Positions 11,671 through 24,290 of a stretch of 64,000 nucleotides of DNA are shown here, one piece after another; the stretch's first letter is position 1, and each line of letters opens with the position of its first letter. The stretch comes from Leidyana gryllorum EB-2025a (Eukaryota > Protista > Apicomplexa). The notes beneath the pieces were generated by a model. It had not been told where the DNA came from. It saw only the letters and a program-made list of their open reading frames with translations, and did not search any database. The stretch spans positions 186,001-250,000 of the forward strand of contig JBLWGC010000035.1 in the NCBI GenBank assembly GCA_048772705.1, given 5' to 3'. The translations under genes and the position numbers were made by a program.

Positions 11671-13325
11671 ATGATCACGAGTCTTGGCTTCCTGACCCTC
11701 CAGGTGCTTTCAGCAGCAGCCAAGATAGGCGTCAAAGTTACACCTGATGAAGTGGAAAATAGACCGTTTGCCGTCCGCCCACTTTTTGAACCAGTACATG
11801 AAGATTTGCAAGCCCGTAGTGGCCACCAGCATCACACCTTGAATGTCACCGCCCTGGACATTGCCGGACATACAATCCCTCTGAGGGAAGTGTCTAACTC
11901 CTTTTTGCAGGACAAAGGACCGCTCCCCATCTTGACTTTCAACATGACCAACCCATCTCCTATAACCCTTCCGCTGCGTGACATAGTCGACAATGTGCTG
12001 TTTGGAGGTGAAAACGTGTTACCAACCTTCGTACCAAACCAGGTGAGCACAGCAGAGCAACGCATAGAAATCAACCGCTCATTCAGAAAGAAGCACTTCC
12101 TTTCGTAGATCTGCCAAGAAGGCCGATGCAAGCGTATTGCCAATATCAGGAATGTACCACAGCCGGTGCCGTCAGTCGAAACATTGGCAAACAAATGATT
12201 AGGATGTTTCAAACCTCAGTGCCCGGAATCTTTATGGAGAAATCACAGGCTTACATACACGCTATGGAGTACGCTTCCAAAAGAGGTATCGTCACGCCGA
12301 ATTTGCGAACGACTCGAGCTGGTAACCCAACGGTGGATGTTGCTGGGCGGATACAGAAGGACATCTTGAACAACGCATTGGTTCCCGATCTGGATCGAAG
12401 TTTGGCCACCATGGCTCAAAAAGCTACTCGTCTCTTGGTCTGGAATAATCTGGAGCTCATAGATCCTCCCGATCAACGGCGGCGGGCTCAATTGATGGCA
12501 CGAATGAAGGCACGGAACGCATTGGCGTGCAGACTCAGTGCTGGACTTTTGCCGACCTGTCAAAACCCGATGGACGACGACAGCATCGTAGTGATGCCAC
12601 CATCTAATGAGACTGCAATGATCGTGGACGATCTGGAGGAATCCCGATTGGGTCGCAACTCCACGGTGCTCCCTAATGACGAAGCCTTCATAGGGACACA
12701 AGGTTTTCGTTTGTCAGGGGTGGCTGCTTCATGCGCCCTTCAAGGTGGGTGCCGGGTCAATCATGACATCCCTCCGGCGCTGTTCGAAGGAGAGTATTTG
12801 GGCGAGATCGAGAAGGAAGAGCTGTTTTTTCGTTTTCTGCCCAAATTGAAGCATGCCTCAGTTAAAGAATTATTCCTGATCCCTGATGTTCGCACAAAAA
12901 TCAAGGAGCGGGCAGGATGGAGGCCTGAAGCAGTGGATGCGACTTTTGCGGCCTTAGTTCTACCCAATTATCGCGATCTCAACGCAGTCCTTGCAGCCAA
13001 ATTACCGTTCCTGTACCTAGAGGCACCTCAATTGGACGACTATCGCGAGAAAGAGGAGGACGATCGCGAGACGCTCGACGACGAAGAATGGTTGGAGGAT
13101 TTATCAGCCGACGAGTTGAGTGAACAGATTAGTATAGAGCAGAATCGGCATCGGAGGGCCAAAGACACTGTCAGCATTTTCGACCCCGTGAACTGGGGTC
13201 GACCATGGATGGACTGGAGGCTGGCCCAGCCATGCTTCAATGCTCAGACATGCCTAGGAATATTCGACATCAAACGGAAACTATGTGTGGTGCCAGTTGT
13301 GATCCAGCTTCAACCTTTTCCTTAG
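11671..13325 (+). CDS. Hypothetical, probably secreted protein (two exons)
   Basis: Signal-peptide-like MITSLGFLTLQVLSAAA; 44 nt intron 12043-12086 (GTGAGC..TTCAG) joins the 11410 and 12126 ORFs in frame. Confidence 0.6.
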
Positions 13326-13509
13326 TGGGCCTCTTGGGACGACGACGCTGTCTCCGGCGAGTGTTTAGCAAGCGAGAATTCTAGAAGAGGCAGCAGTGAT
13401 CCGAAGAGAAGCAGTCACCTTTAAAGACTGACGCTTACATTACTACTACTCACTCCTTCTTCCACTTGAACTTGCTACCTCGTCTACACTGACTGAATAC
13501 ATTTGAACA

Positions 13510-14112
13510 ATGGTCAAGAAGGCTACGACAGCTTCGTCCTCCATGTCGGAAGCCCGCCCGAGCTCTTCGTCAAAGAAGACGATTACTGAGGAGCAGCTGG
13601 AGGCTATGAGAGTGGGCCGAATGAAGGCTCACAAGAACGGACGTTTGAGTACTCGCTTGGGACTGGATCTACCGCCTCAGCAAGTCCATCGATTCCTGCG
13701 TCGTGGTCGCTACACCAAGAGCGTGAATCGGAGCTGTGGCGTTTTTATGGCAGCAGCTATGCAGTGGCTGATGGGAGAGATCATTGACTCGATGGTTCTT
13801 GACGCTGAGAGAAGCCACAGCAAGATGTTGACCCCAAAGCACATCAGTGGAGCGATCGCTTCTGACGAAGAGTTGTCTCAACTCTTAGGCAGTGCTGTGA
13901 TCGTTCGGGGCGGAGTAAGACTATCGTACAGCGAGAGTCGTGGAACTCTGCCTTCGTCGAAGAAGAACAAGCCGCACGCAGCCAAAGCTACAGACGAAGA
14001 CGATGATGAGGAGGAAGACGAGGAGGTTGAGGAGAATGGTCCAGTCACGGGTGCTTCTGACGACGATGATGAGGGCGATGAGGACGACGACGAAGGAGAG
14101 GATGACGAGTAG
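13510..14112 (+). CDS. Highly divergent histone H2A variant with long acidic C-terminal tail
   Basis: STRLGLDLPPQQVHRFLRRGRY...VFMAAAMQWLMGEII...LTPKHISGAIASDEELSQLLGSAVIVRGGV aligns with the H2A fold. Confidence 0.85.
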   Translation: MVKKATTASSSMSEARPSSSSKKTITEEQLEAMRVGRMKAHKNGRLSTRLGLDLPPQQVHRFLRRGRYTKSVNRSCGVFMAAAMQWLMGEIIDSMVLDAERSHSKMLTPKHISGAIASDEELSQLLGSAVIVRGGVRLSYSESRGTLPSSKKNKPHAAKATDEDDDEEEDEEVEENGPVTGASDDDDEGDEDDDEGEDDE

Positions 14113-14364
14113 ATTATGAAGGGGGCAAACACGAGCCCTGACAGCCAAGAAAGCGAGTCAGATTGGCTGTGAATGTGTTGGAATATGATATGAATGAGTG
14201 CAGGCGACAACTTAGTGATGGTTGTTAATGGTCTGGTGGGCCTCACGAGCTGGCTGATTGTTAGGTTGGTTGGTTTATTGTTTGCCGTGAACTGACTGAG
14301 CACTCAATTACCAAAGATTTCTGATAGATAGCTTCAAGATTTGAGAAGTTGGTGGTGGTGGTGC

Positions 14365-14448
14365 GTCTTAGGCAGAGCGGATTGGGCAATAGCAAATTGT
14401 CTTGTGTCTTAGGCAGAGCGGGTTGGGCAATAGCAAATTGTCTTGTGT
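14365..14448. repeat. 41 bp tandem duplication (2 copies, 1 mismatch)
   Basis: gtcttaggcagagcggRttgggcaatagcaaattgtcttgt at 14365 and 14406. Confidence 0.9.
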
Positions 14449-14937
14449 ATTTGCAATTTGTTTGCGGCGGCACATGCAATTGTTGGAGGATATTGGGTGG
14501 GGGTGTAGGAGTAGTGTGGGCGGATGATGTGAAGGCGTAGGTGTATAAACTTCTCGCTTGCTATTACGCCCCGGTACACTGAGCAAGTCATTTATACACA
14601 TGCAGAGGATGACGAGGACGACAACAACGATGCAACGAAGAATTGGTGTTACGAGTATTTGTTCTTGTTCTTCTTCTTCTCATAGTTATCAGCTGTGTTA
14701 TCAACTGCTTCTTCTGTCATTGGCACTAGAAATCTGTGGTGGTGTGTGTGTGCTCTGTGTAGCCCATGCTGGGAGCGTGTTGAGTGCTGGCAGCCAACGA
14801 TCAGTCGTCCTCCAAAACGGCGGTCGCAATATCAAATGGGAAGGGGATTGCGTCTCGCTGTGACGAAAGAGGGGTTGTGCTGCAGCAGGCAGAGTTATAT
14901 ACCCCAGCATGGCTGAGCACATATGATAGAAGTAGTG

Positions 14938-16005
14938 CTAACTAGAGCCGCCATCGTCGAGGGGGGCAGAGACTGCAAGCGTAGGAGGTCTTGGGGGCAC
15001 CGCAGAGTAACAGTCTTCGTCCCAGTCAGATCGAGGCGGCTCGTGCTCGACTTGGAAGAGGATAGCAGGGTTGATTAGCCAAATGGCGCGGCCAACAACG
15101 TTGGTGGAAGGACGGTATTTGGCAGCGTTCTCGTTAGCCAGGAAGGGCTTGGCATCCTTATCCTCCTCGGAGTCTTTAGCCGGCCAGCTGAATCCGATAC
15201 AGGTGGAATTGGAGCCAATCACAATGTTCAAGTCGTCCCTAGGCAACATAGCCTCAAGAGGCGATTGTGGAGGTCTCAAAGTTGGCGGTCGGCGGCCGAG
15301 CATTTCGAAGCAGAAGGACTGTTGGCGATACCTATTATCGAATGACATCGTCGCACCATCCCATTCGGTCTCGTCCTCCATCCACGAAGTTGACATTCGC
15401 GTATTCGAACTCCCGGCTCGAGACCGGAATACATCCAAGCGATCAGTCTCTGCCACGTAGTCATGCCTATTAGGGCCGCCAGCCGCGAAACTTAGGTGGC
15501 GGGCCGCTTTCTCGATTCTCTGCAGTGAGGAATCGCGGGGAGCTCGAATCTTGCTTTGGAGTAAATTGCTGCTGCTGTTGTGATTGCTTGTCGGCGTAAT
15601 CATCTCATCCTCTGGGTCGACCGCCATCTCGGGGGCTGAGCGCGCTGGCGACGTGGGCCGAATTATCGGATCAGCGGCAGGAAGGAAAGGCTTGATGGAA
15701 GGCGACGGAGACGGAGGAGGACAAGGTGCAGGAGGAGGAAGGCTCATCTCATTGAGGTTGGTCGGGGGAGAAGTACCTGACGGCTCGCTTAGCAGTGTAT
15801 CAAGACACGAGGTTATGATGTCCTGGAAGGTTTCGAGCGGGACCCGCTTGGGCATCGAATGCGTCGTCGGCTGCTGCAGCAGCTGCGAGGACTGGTGCTT
15901 CTTGGGAGGCCGCCACAAAGGCGGCTGCTGCGGCAAGCGTAACAACCCATCGCCTGGACGCGCAGCAGCCGCTTCATCGGGTGCCACTGGACCTAAATCC
16001 GCCAT
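14938..16005 (-). CDS. Pro/Ser-rich, largely disordered hypothetical protein (~355 aa)
   Basis: Long ORF, first ATG MADLGP at 16005; no family recognised. Confidence 0.55.
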   Translation of the reverse strand: MADLGPVAPDEAAAARPGDGLLRLPQQPPLWRPPKKHQSSQLLQQPTTHSMPKRVPLETFQDIITSCLDTLLSEPSGTSPPTNLNEMSLPPPAPCPPPSPSPSIKPFLPAADPIIRPTSPARSAPEMAVDPEDEMITPTSNHNSSSNLLQSKIRAPRDSSLQRIEKAARHLSFAAGGPNRHDYVAETDRLDVFRSRAGSSNTRMSTSWMEDETEWDGATMSFDNRYRQQSFCFEMLGRRPPTLRPPQSPLEAMLPRDDLNIVIGSNSTCIGFSWPAKDSEEDKDAKPFLANENAAKYRPSTNVVGRAIWLINPAILFQVEHEPPRSDWDEDCYSAVPPRPPTLAVSAPLDDGGSS

Positions 16006-16759
16006 CTTACGGACACCAAATCCAACCGAGGTTTCCAAATCACCCCCTTTCAGGGACTGGGGAGGTTGACGGTGTGTGGTGCTGCCGCCCTGCGGACACT
16101 GCCGCTCCTTATGTCCAGCATTACCGCAACTTCTGCATGACAGATTCTTCGTGCACTCAAATGTCTTGTGCCCGAGCTCGCGACAATTGTAGCTGTAGCA
16201 AGAGAGTGCGGATGAGTGAAAAGCACTCCGAAATCACGAACAAAACACGGGGACGTCGATAACGCGCGACGGAGTGCGGCAATCCACCCAACGTTCGGGC
16301 ATCCGCTCAACGCCCAATAGACTGCGAGAGGGCGGCGCGGCGATCGAGCGGGGGGGCGCAACTCCCGCTGTTGCGGGTGAGCCAAAAACCGAGTTGGGTC
16401 GGTTTTGTCCGTGAAGGGCGATGGAGCGATTCTGGCCGGATTTGCACCGCGCAACGCGGATAGGTCGATCATTCGCAGCATTACGAGCAGTTTGGTACCG
16501 CTACTTACCATAGAAGCATTTGGGGTTGGGGGCACTCGGTCGAAAAGTGGCCCAAACTATGGCTGCAGCGGGATGATGGACAATCGGGCGGGAATAGCTC
16601 ACCAATTAAAGCATCGAGAATTCTCTTTCTCGGAGGAAGTGCGCCCTGCGCCCGTCTGACGTTGAGTGGTGGTTCTGGGTTCCATTTCAATTAGCGAGCT
16701 TCGTCAAACCTCATACAGAGCGGGATCTCATACTATTTTTTGGTGCCACCCATAACGCA

Positions 16760-19700
16760 ATGCCCCCCAAACCCAAAGCTACTCCCAAGCATCTCGGCCG
16801 CATCTCTTCGGAAGTGCAAGCCGTGACTGCTTCTGGGGCTGTCATTCGTGTAAGCCGACTGCCTGCCTTCGCCACCCCCCCCTCTGGCATTTTCTCTCTC
16901 TCCCTCTCTCAATGGATGGACCGCTTACCGGACGTTGGTATCTGCTGCTGTACGTCCTCCTCGGCTCCGTGTTGGTCCTCTCTCTGGGCTGCATTGGGCG
17001 CTTTGGCCTCGTAAAGTCTCAAAAGGACTCTCATTTTGTGTGATCTAACTTTGCCGTTTCACTCACCACTCACCACTCACCACCACCCCCCCACCAAATC
17101 GCTTCCATTGACTCGTATGTGTCCAGAATTTGTGTGTATATACTGAGTTGGCTCCAAGCGTCAAGGCCCAGCCTGACCTCGTCTTCGCCAAGTGCCAAGT
17201 TCTTCCAGGCTCAACGAGCAAGACACTTAAGCTCAAACAGATAGACCCTCCTGGATACGAGGAGCATGTCTTCGACGCCCCAGTCGCCCGGTGCCACAAT
17301 GCGAACGATGACACCACCAACGACCCGTTGGCCCTGCGTGACATTGGCCTGCTGCAACATCAGAACACGGCTGCTGTACTCGACTTCCTGAAGGCTCGAT
17401 TCATGGGCAACAACATATACGTAGGTCACTTTTCATTCCCCGAGATCGCGCTCCCCAGACCACCGCCGACCCGTTGCTGGTGGCTATCAACCCGTTCCGA
17501 GATGTCGGACTCTGCTCCGAGCAGTACGTAACTCAGTATCGTGACGCGCGTACTCTCACCCATCTGCCACCCCATGTCTTCGCTGTGGCGCGCCAAGCCC
17601 AGGACAACTTGCTGGGAATCGGGAAGTCCCAAACCATCATCGTTACGGGAGAGTCCGGAGCCGGAAAGACTGAGGCCACCAAACACTGTATGCTCTTCTT
17701 TGCGTCTGCCAAATCGGGGATTGATACCAAGATCCAAAAGGCGGTCATGGCCGCCAACCCCGTCTTGGAGGCCTTCGGGAACGCCAAGACAATTCGTAAC
17801 AACAATTCCTCCCGGTTTGGCCGCTTTATGCGACTCTATCTGGGACAGCGAGGCGGTATCGTCAATGGGCAGGTCCAAAGTTTCCTCTTGGAGAAAGTTC
17901 GAGTTGTGTCACAAGTGAGTGCCTGAGGGGAGGGACAGCGTTATATTATTCTCGTCGCGTCGTTCAGCAACCCAATGAACGTTCATATCACATCTTCTAC
18001 CAATTCCTAAAAGGGGCTACCCGCCAAGAACGGGAGAAATATCGTCTCGAGTCGCTCCAGTCCTACAAGAATCTGAACGAGCGCTCGGGAGGCTGCTATG
18101 ATGCCGATAACATCGTAAGCAGATCGTCAGCGACTGAATTTGCTGCAATTCTCGACACAGGATGATCTGGAAGAGTTCCAGGAAGTGCGCGACTCTTTGC
18201 GTAATATGCAACTTAATGATACGGAGATTGATACAATATTTTCCGTCGTATCGGGTGTCCTCAAGTTGGGAAATGTCTCGTTCCAAGGCAAGAATATTGA
18301 CGGGCAAGACAATGCCGCTGAAATCGATGCCGGCTCTCGCGCGACCTTGAAGTCAGCTTGCGACTTGCTCTTCTTGCAGGATCATGATAAGGTGGCAGAG
18401 GCGTTGGTCAGTACCGTCAAACAGATCGGACGTGAAGAAGTCACTGTCCGTGTCCAAAAGCCAGAGGCCGCATCTCTAGTCGCTTCACTGGGCAAAGCTA
18501 TGTATGACGAACTCTTCAAGTGGATTATCCGCAGATTGAATGTTACTATTGAGCCCAATCCACAGCCACCCGCCTTCATGGGCATGCTCGATATCTTCGG
18601 CTTTGAGATTTTCGAAGACAATTCGCTCGAACAACTGCTTATCAACATCACCAATGAGTTCCTCCAGAAGAACTTTGTGGATATTGTCTTCGAACGCGTG
18701 AGTCTCACATACATCTCCCTGCTCCCCCTCTCTCCCCTACTCACACACACACACACTTCCAAGTACCAGTGGCACCTTTCGCCGTCTCCGTCTCCGTCTC
18801 CATGTGTGTGTGTGCTGCAAGTTTGGGTGGTTCTTTGTTTGTGTGGAAGTGGTTTTGGGGGAGATTGAATATATGTTGTTTTGCAGGAATCACGACTGTA
18901 TCGTGAGGAAGGGGTGTCAACAACTGAGCTGGTGTTCACAGACAACCGCGAGGTCATTGAGTGTCTGATCGGACGGCGCGGGTCTGTGTTTGCTCAGCTG
19001 GAAGATACCTGTGTGCAAAAGGGTAGTGACGTCAAGTTCCATCAGGCGATGTCGGGTCAAATGAGCTCGCATCGTTGTTTCTCGGTTCCTCCTGGTGGGG
19101 ATCGCGGGCTGAAGTTTGTGATCTCTCATACAATTGCCGATATTACATACTCCGCTGTGGACTTTACGTCCAAGAACATGGACATACTGAAGGCTGAGTT
19201 GACAGAAGTTGCCCAGGCGTCATCGAATCCCATCGTGCGCGAGATGTTTGGCGAGATTAAGGTTGAGCGGGGTAAATTAGCAAAGGGTCAATTGATCGCG
19301 AGCAAGTTCCTGGGCCAATTAGACGAAATGATGAAGATTATTGTGGTGAGTGAGCCGTTGTTTGTCTCCGGTGATGTTGTTGGGTACTTTCAGACGACTG
19401 AGCCGCACTTCATCCGTTGCGTGAAGCCGAACGAGAGCAAGAAACCATTGGATTGGGTGAACGAGAAGGTGTTGAACCAGTTGTTCTCACTTTCTATCCT
19501 GGAAGCTCTTCAACTGAAGAAGTTGGGTTTCTCGTGGCGCCGGCCGTTCCGTGACTTTGTGCGCTGCTACCGCTACTTGAATCTCGGGCTGACAGATGAG
19601 ATGGAGCGCACGCCAGCCGAGGATCTTGAAGCCGAGCGCGCCATCGCCGAGAAGATGTTGGCTCATACTGCCAAGTGTTTCGCTGCGCAGAATCTGCCCT

Positions 19701-20005
19701 TCCAGGAGGGCAAACACTGGCAGATGGGTAAATCGATGGTGTTCTTGAAGCCGGAGGTGTCCCAATCGATGATGCTGATGATGCATCAAGCAATGGAAGA
19801 CTTTGTTCCAGCAGTGGCGTTGTTCGAGGCCTTGTGGCAACGCAAACAACTCAAGGAAGACTTGGCTTGGAGACATGGCAGCATGATCCGCGCACAAGCG
19901 CACATTCGCAAGCTGCTGGTCATAAAAGGACACTCTGTGTCCAGTGTGTGTGCAGCCCCTCCAATGGTCAGGCCCACCGCCTCGATCACTCCATATTATG
20001 CATAG
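16760..20005 (+). CDS. MyoA: Class XIV myosin, myosin A-like (gliding motor), multi-exon
   Basis: GESGAGKT, LEAFGNAKTIRNNNSSRFGRF, LDIFGFE, PHFIRCVKPNE; N-terminus (SSEVQAV..SG..; LAPSVK..PDL.FAKC) and short tail RAQAHIRK closely resemble Toxoplasma/Plasmodium MyoA. Confidence 0.93.
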
Positions 20006-20060
20006 CTGTCTGTTTGTCGGAGTTGATAGGTAGTTTCTTTTTGCTGTCGGCTACTTGAAC

Positions 20061-20360
20061 TCAATGGCATGTAGATAGCTCAATATGCAGCATTCGCATA
20101 TCAGTCACGGCTGCCCTCCGCTGCAAAGTTGGGGACTTGGATAGTAAGTCAGCGGACGAAGCTGACGCCAGCATGGCGTGGAGCGATGTTCGCCGAACCG
20201 GGCGCGGCGAACCCACAGAGTTTACTCGTGATCGATGGTGACCTGATCGTTGGCTAAGAATCTCTTTGTGTTGTGGCACCTTCGCGTACTCTTCCGACTC
20301 GACTCTTTCATCGTCAAAATGGGGAGGGTACAGTTCTACGAACTTGTGAGGGTCAATCAT
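20061..20360 (-). CDS. Possible small hypothetical protein (99 aa)
   Basis: ATG-initiated ORF convergent with myosin; no homology recognised. Confidence 0.3.
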   Translation of the reverse strand: MIDPHKFVELYPPHFDDERVESEEYAKVPQHKEILSQRSGHHRSRVNSVGSPRPVRRTSLHAMLASASSADLLSKSPTLQRRAAVTDMRMLHIELSTCH

Positions 20361-22764
20361 TGCTCTGATTCCCGATGTCGATAATCAAATCACACTGTGT
20401 CAACGCACTCTTTTAACAGCTCAGCCACTTTTCAGTTCGGTCGTGTGCGAATCAATGCCTACGTCTCGCTGCTCTCATGAATGGACGGATGGAGGGACGC
20501 TTATTAAGCCGTCGACAGAGAGAGAAAACCAAAAATGCACTTCAGACATGTCCGCCGAACCCCTTCTCTACACGACTTTCGTGTGCGAAACTGTCTGGAC
20601 CTGAGACAGAGTCGCACTGAGCACCGCCTTTCATGTCCGACCACCTGGGCTTCTTCCTTAACCACATTTCTTGACGTACGAAGATACCTCCGATAAGATC
20701 AGTATCGCGCAAGAAAAGAAAAGCGCGCAACACACGTGCGCGACTCGGCTGCGTCTCCACTGATACCCTCATGACTCGGTGGTCACGTCGGCTCATGGCT
20801 CTGACAGCGACTCTTAAGGGGTTTCTAACCGTCAATTCGGATTAGGTAAGAAACTCCATCAGCTGCCGAGCCCAAGCTGCGTCGCTGGAATGATGTGACA
20901 CGAAGAGAGGAGACGGCGTCTCCTCCGAGATCGTCACGAAGCGCTGGCAGCCAGCGGAGACGCTCGTCGTTGAGTGAGGATGGTGACAGTTTGATACCTG
21001 TTAATGATCTTTCGTGTTGCTATGGGGGCTGTGACGTTTGGCAAGCGGTCTCAGTGTAGATATGTAGTTGCTCGCTAGAAACTTCATGTCTCCAGAGACC
21101 AACCCTTTGGGGGAGACGCTGTATCCTTGCCAGCTGAGGCTTTGGAGGCCTACGATTCGCTCCTAAACCGGTTAACTCTGAGAGAATCCACGTCTGATGG
21201 AGAGGGGGTACACTGTTTCGGGCTTTTGAGGGATGGGTGGATGAATGAAGGAGAGCTGGAGAGAGTTCAGATTTCTGTCAAGCGGCAGATCGTGATGATT
21301 CGTTTCCGTTTCGGATGGCAAATAGATATGGTATGAAAAGAAGGCTGAGGAAATAGCGGGTGCTCTAGGAATCTGAGCATCCCATCACTGAGTCCTTGTC
21401 CAGTCTTCCAACCCTTGTAGAGACGCCGAATGCCCAAAAATGCAGATGAAGTTGGTGACTTCATAGTCCGAGAGTAGCCAGCCAGACTCAATTGGCTGTG
21501 TGTCAGACGACTATGGTGATTGATGCACTGCGCGATGTATACTTTGAAGTATGGCTCTCCTCTTGAGGTCGAGGTTAAGGACGGTGAGGTTAGGCTTGTG
21601 TACGTTGGGGTTCAGCCTGTGTAAGTGGTGGGTTGGCGAGATGTGAGTTTTGTGTTTGCCGTTTAAGTTCGGAAGACGACGGAGGTATCACGATACGACT
21701 TGTGTGGACAGATAAGAGAATTGTAGAAAAGACGGGTCTTTTCTGCATATGGTATGAAGGAGATGGTCATTTTTCGCTCTTGAGTGCAGTACACCTGAAT
21801 CCTTGGCGGCGGACCGAGCAGCCACCAGGTTAAGGGGACTCGTTATCATACTAACGCGCCGAGGTGGTGATCAAGTATACGTCTCGTAGAGCAAATCAAT
21901 TGGGAAGTGCATTCCCAACTCGCCAGATAACCAGTCAAAGTCATAATCGCCCGTCGAGTCGGGTATTTCAACATCGACGTACAGGACACTTAGTTGCAGA
22001 TTCGCAGTCGAATCCGAACTCTAACAACAGAGAGAACAACAAGTCCGTATATGTTGAACAATCAATTCGCCGATGTTCTTCCCATAGCACACAATGAACG
22101 TGTGCTTTGGGAAGTGAGGAAGATTAAGTCACTTCCACGATGGTGAAACTTGAGAATCTTTTTCGCGCAGACAAAGGCTGCCACAGAAGCAAGTGCTGCC
22201 AATAGATCATAAGGTCAGTCTAAAGGCAGATGCGGCCTGTTTCAGGACAACCCTCCTCATCAGACTCGAAAGTCTGAGAATCGCCGATAAAGGGATATAG
22301 AGAATGAAACATAAACTGGAAAGAATTAGTTGGGGTGGGTAAGGGTCGTCGATCAATCGATGCTCCATAGGCTTCAGAAGGAGCTTGTGAGACCGATTGA
22401 TGTGTTGGGCACATTTGATGCGATAAATGATGATGATGTAGGTTGCGGGGATGATGTCGGTCACTTGTTGTTGAGTTCGAGCATCGCACTTCTCACCACT
22501 TGTCGTTGGAGTCATCAGATTGGTTGGGAAAAACCTCGCGGGCGCTTCCACTCCTCTCACATAATGAGACTCTCTCCAATAATAAGACCACTCCACACTC
22601 AACACCCGCTACCACCCACTACGGGAGCAGTGGAAGCGGGGAAGTGGCAAGCGAGGAGGTAGAGACACATATATGAGGAAAGAGTCGATACGTATGGTCA
22701 GCCAACCACACTAACACTGCGGAACTGCGCGAAATACACAGACCGGCAGTTGCTGTGTGAGTGA

Positions 22765-22800
22765 CTGTGTGTGTGTGTGTGTGTGTGTGCCTGTGCGTGT
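22765..22800. repeat. (GT)n microsatellite
   Basis: Run of gt repeats downstream of the SLC35F6-like gene. Confidence 0.85.
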
Positions 22801-22978
22801 AGGGCGGCTGCTTGCGTGATCCGAAAAAGATCAGCGATGTATTGTGTGAGAGGAAGCGGCGAGTTGGTGTTGGAGGCGGTAGTGACTCGGGGTTGCGAAG
22901 TGTATGAGTGGTAAAATAAAACTTGAGTGAGGTCTCCTTCCGAGGTGATGGGTGCGATGCATATCCAGCTGAGAGTAT

Positions 22979-24243
22979 TCAAACGCTGTTCTCCGCCTTG
23001 GCGGCAGCCTCGTCCTCGTCAGCCTTCGCGGGATCAACGTAATCGTCGTCCAGTTCAGGACGCGTGCAGCACCACTGAGGCGCGGTCAAGGCCCAAGCAT
23101 CCAACCTCTCTCCAGCGCTGCCGCAGATGACATAGCGCCAGGGGATCATGTTGGTGAAGATGGCGAAACCGATGGCGAAGACGAAGACCGCGGCGAGATT
23201 GTAGTGGTCATAATCGATCCAGCCCAGGCCGAGATCGAAGAACCAGACAATCGGGGCGCGCACGGCGAAGATAACACCTCTGAGAAGGCCAGTCGCCAAT
23301 TTTGTGCAACAGAGACCGGAGGCGTTAAAGAGCGCAGCAGTGCAAATGTATGCGATCGACACACCCAAAATGGATCCATTGTTAACCCATTGATGGAAGG
23401 AGTCCCACACAGGGTCGAAGTCTGTGTACTCACAAGCAGGCATCATGATGGCGCTGGTGATGATCAAACCACCAACACCCTCAATGCCAACTGCCTTGAG
23501 GGGCGAAATACGACCCTTATGTCTAAACAAGAAGTCCTCGAAAATCAACTGAAGGGCTTGGATCGAAGTACCCAGCAGGGAGAACAAAACACCCAGACCG
23601 GGGTTCGAATCCACCACAGATGATTCGTCGGGGTTCATAATCGCCGGAATTGCCGCTAAGAACATAGCAGCAGTAATGAATACTACGCCAAAGTACTCAT
23701 GGATCCTTAGCGCTTTACGCACCAACACCAATTGGAGGATGGCTCCAATAACCACCATGAAGTTACGGAGCATTTGGACGGTAGATGCGTAAGTAATCGT
23801 GTAAGCAACATTCAATAATGTCGTCGCCACGCAGTCGAGGAAAGATGGCAGGATCCACCATGCCCAGTGGCTCTTCTTGCCATCCAAATCGCTGTGGGTT
23901 TTCACGAAGTCGAAGAGAGGATAGGCTTCCTGTTTCTTCGATATCATTCTGTCCACATACCACATCACGAAACAGAGACTCTCTCCAATAAACATAAGGA
24001 AAGACTGGAGGACAGCGCCGGTGAAGCCTTCGACCTTGCCACTCCGTATCGGCGAGTCCATACGATTCATAATCTGCTCCCAACTCTTAATCAGCCGCCG
24101 AACACCACACTCACCTTGAAGGCCATAGAGCTAAAGACGCCAGACGCCAAGCAAGCCGCTGCGCAAACCCATACAAACCATGGGGGAGTTGAACGCAAAC
24201 TGGGCAAACCCGACGTGGAAGCTTGCTTTTCATCTGAATACAT
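22979..24243 (-). CDS. SLC35F6-like / DMT-superfamily transporter (two exons)
   Basis: LQSFLMFIGESLC, ILPSFLDCVATTL, ASTVQMLRNFMVV, KAVGIEGVGG; ~10 TM segments; exon 1 MYSDEK...SMAFK then GTGAGT intron. Confidence 0.8.
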
Positions 24244-24290
24244 CTTGGACTTCTGAGTTTGATGAAAAATATCCTTAGATCTCCGCCGTA

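Noticed and set aside
14365-14448. CRISPR-like repeat
   Set aside because: Two adjacent copies with no spacer, in a eukaryotic context
18698-18887. (CA)n and (GT)n arms in a myosin intron forming a hairpin
   Set aside because: Simple repeats are common here and nothing indicates function
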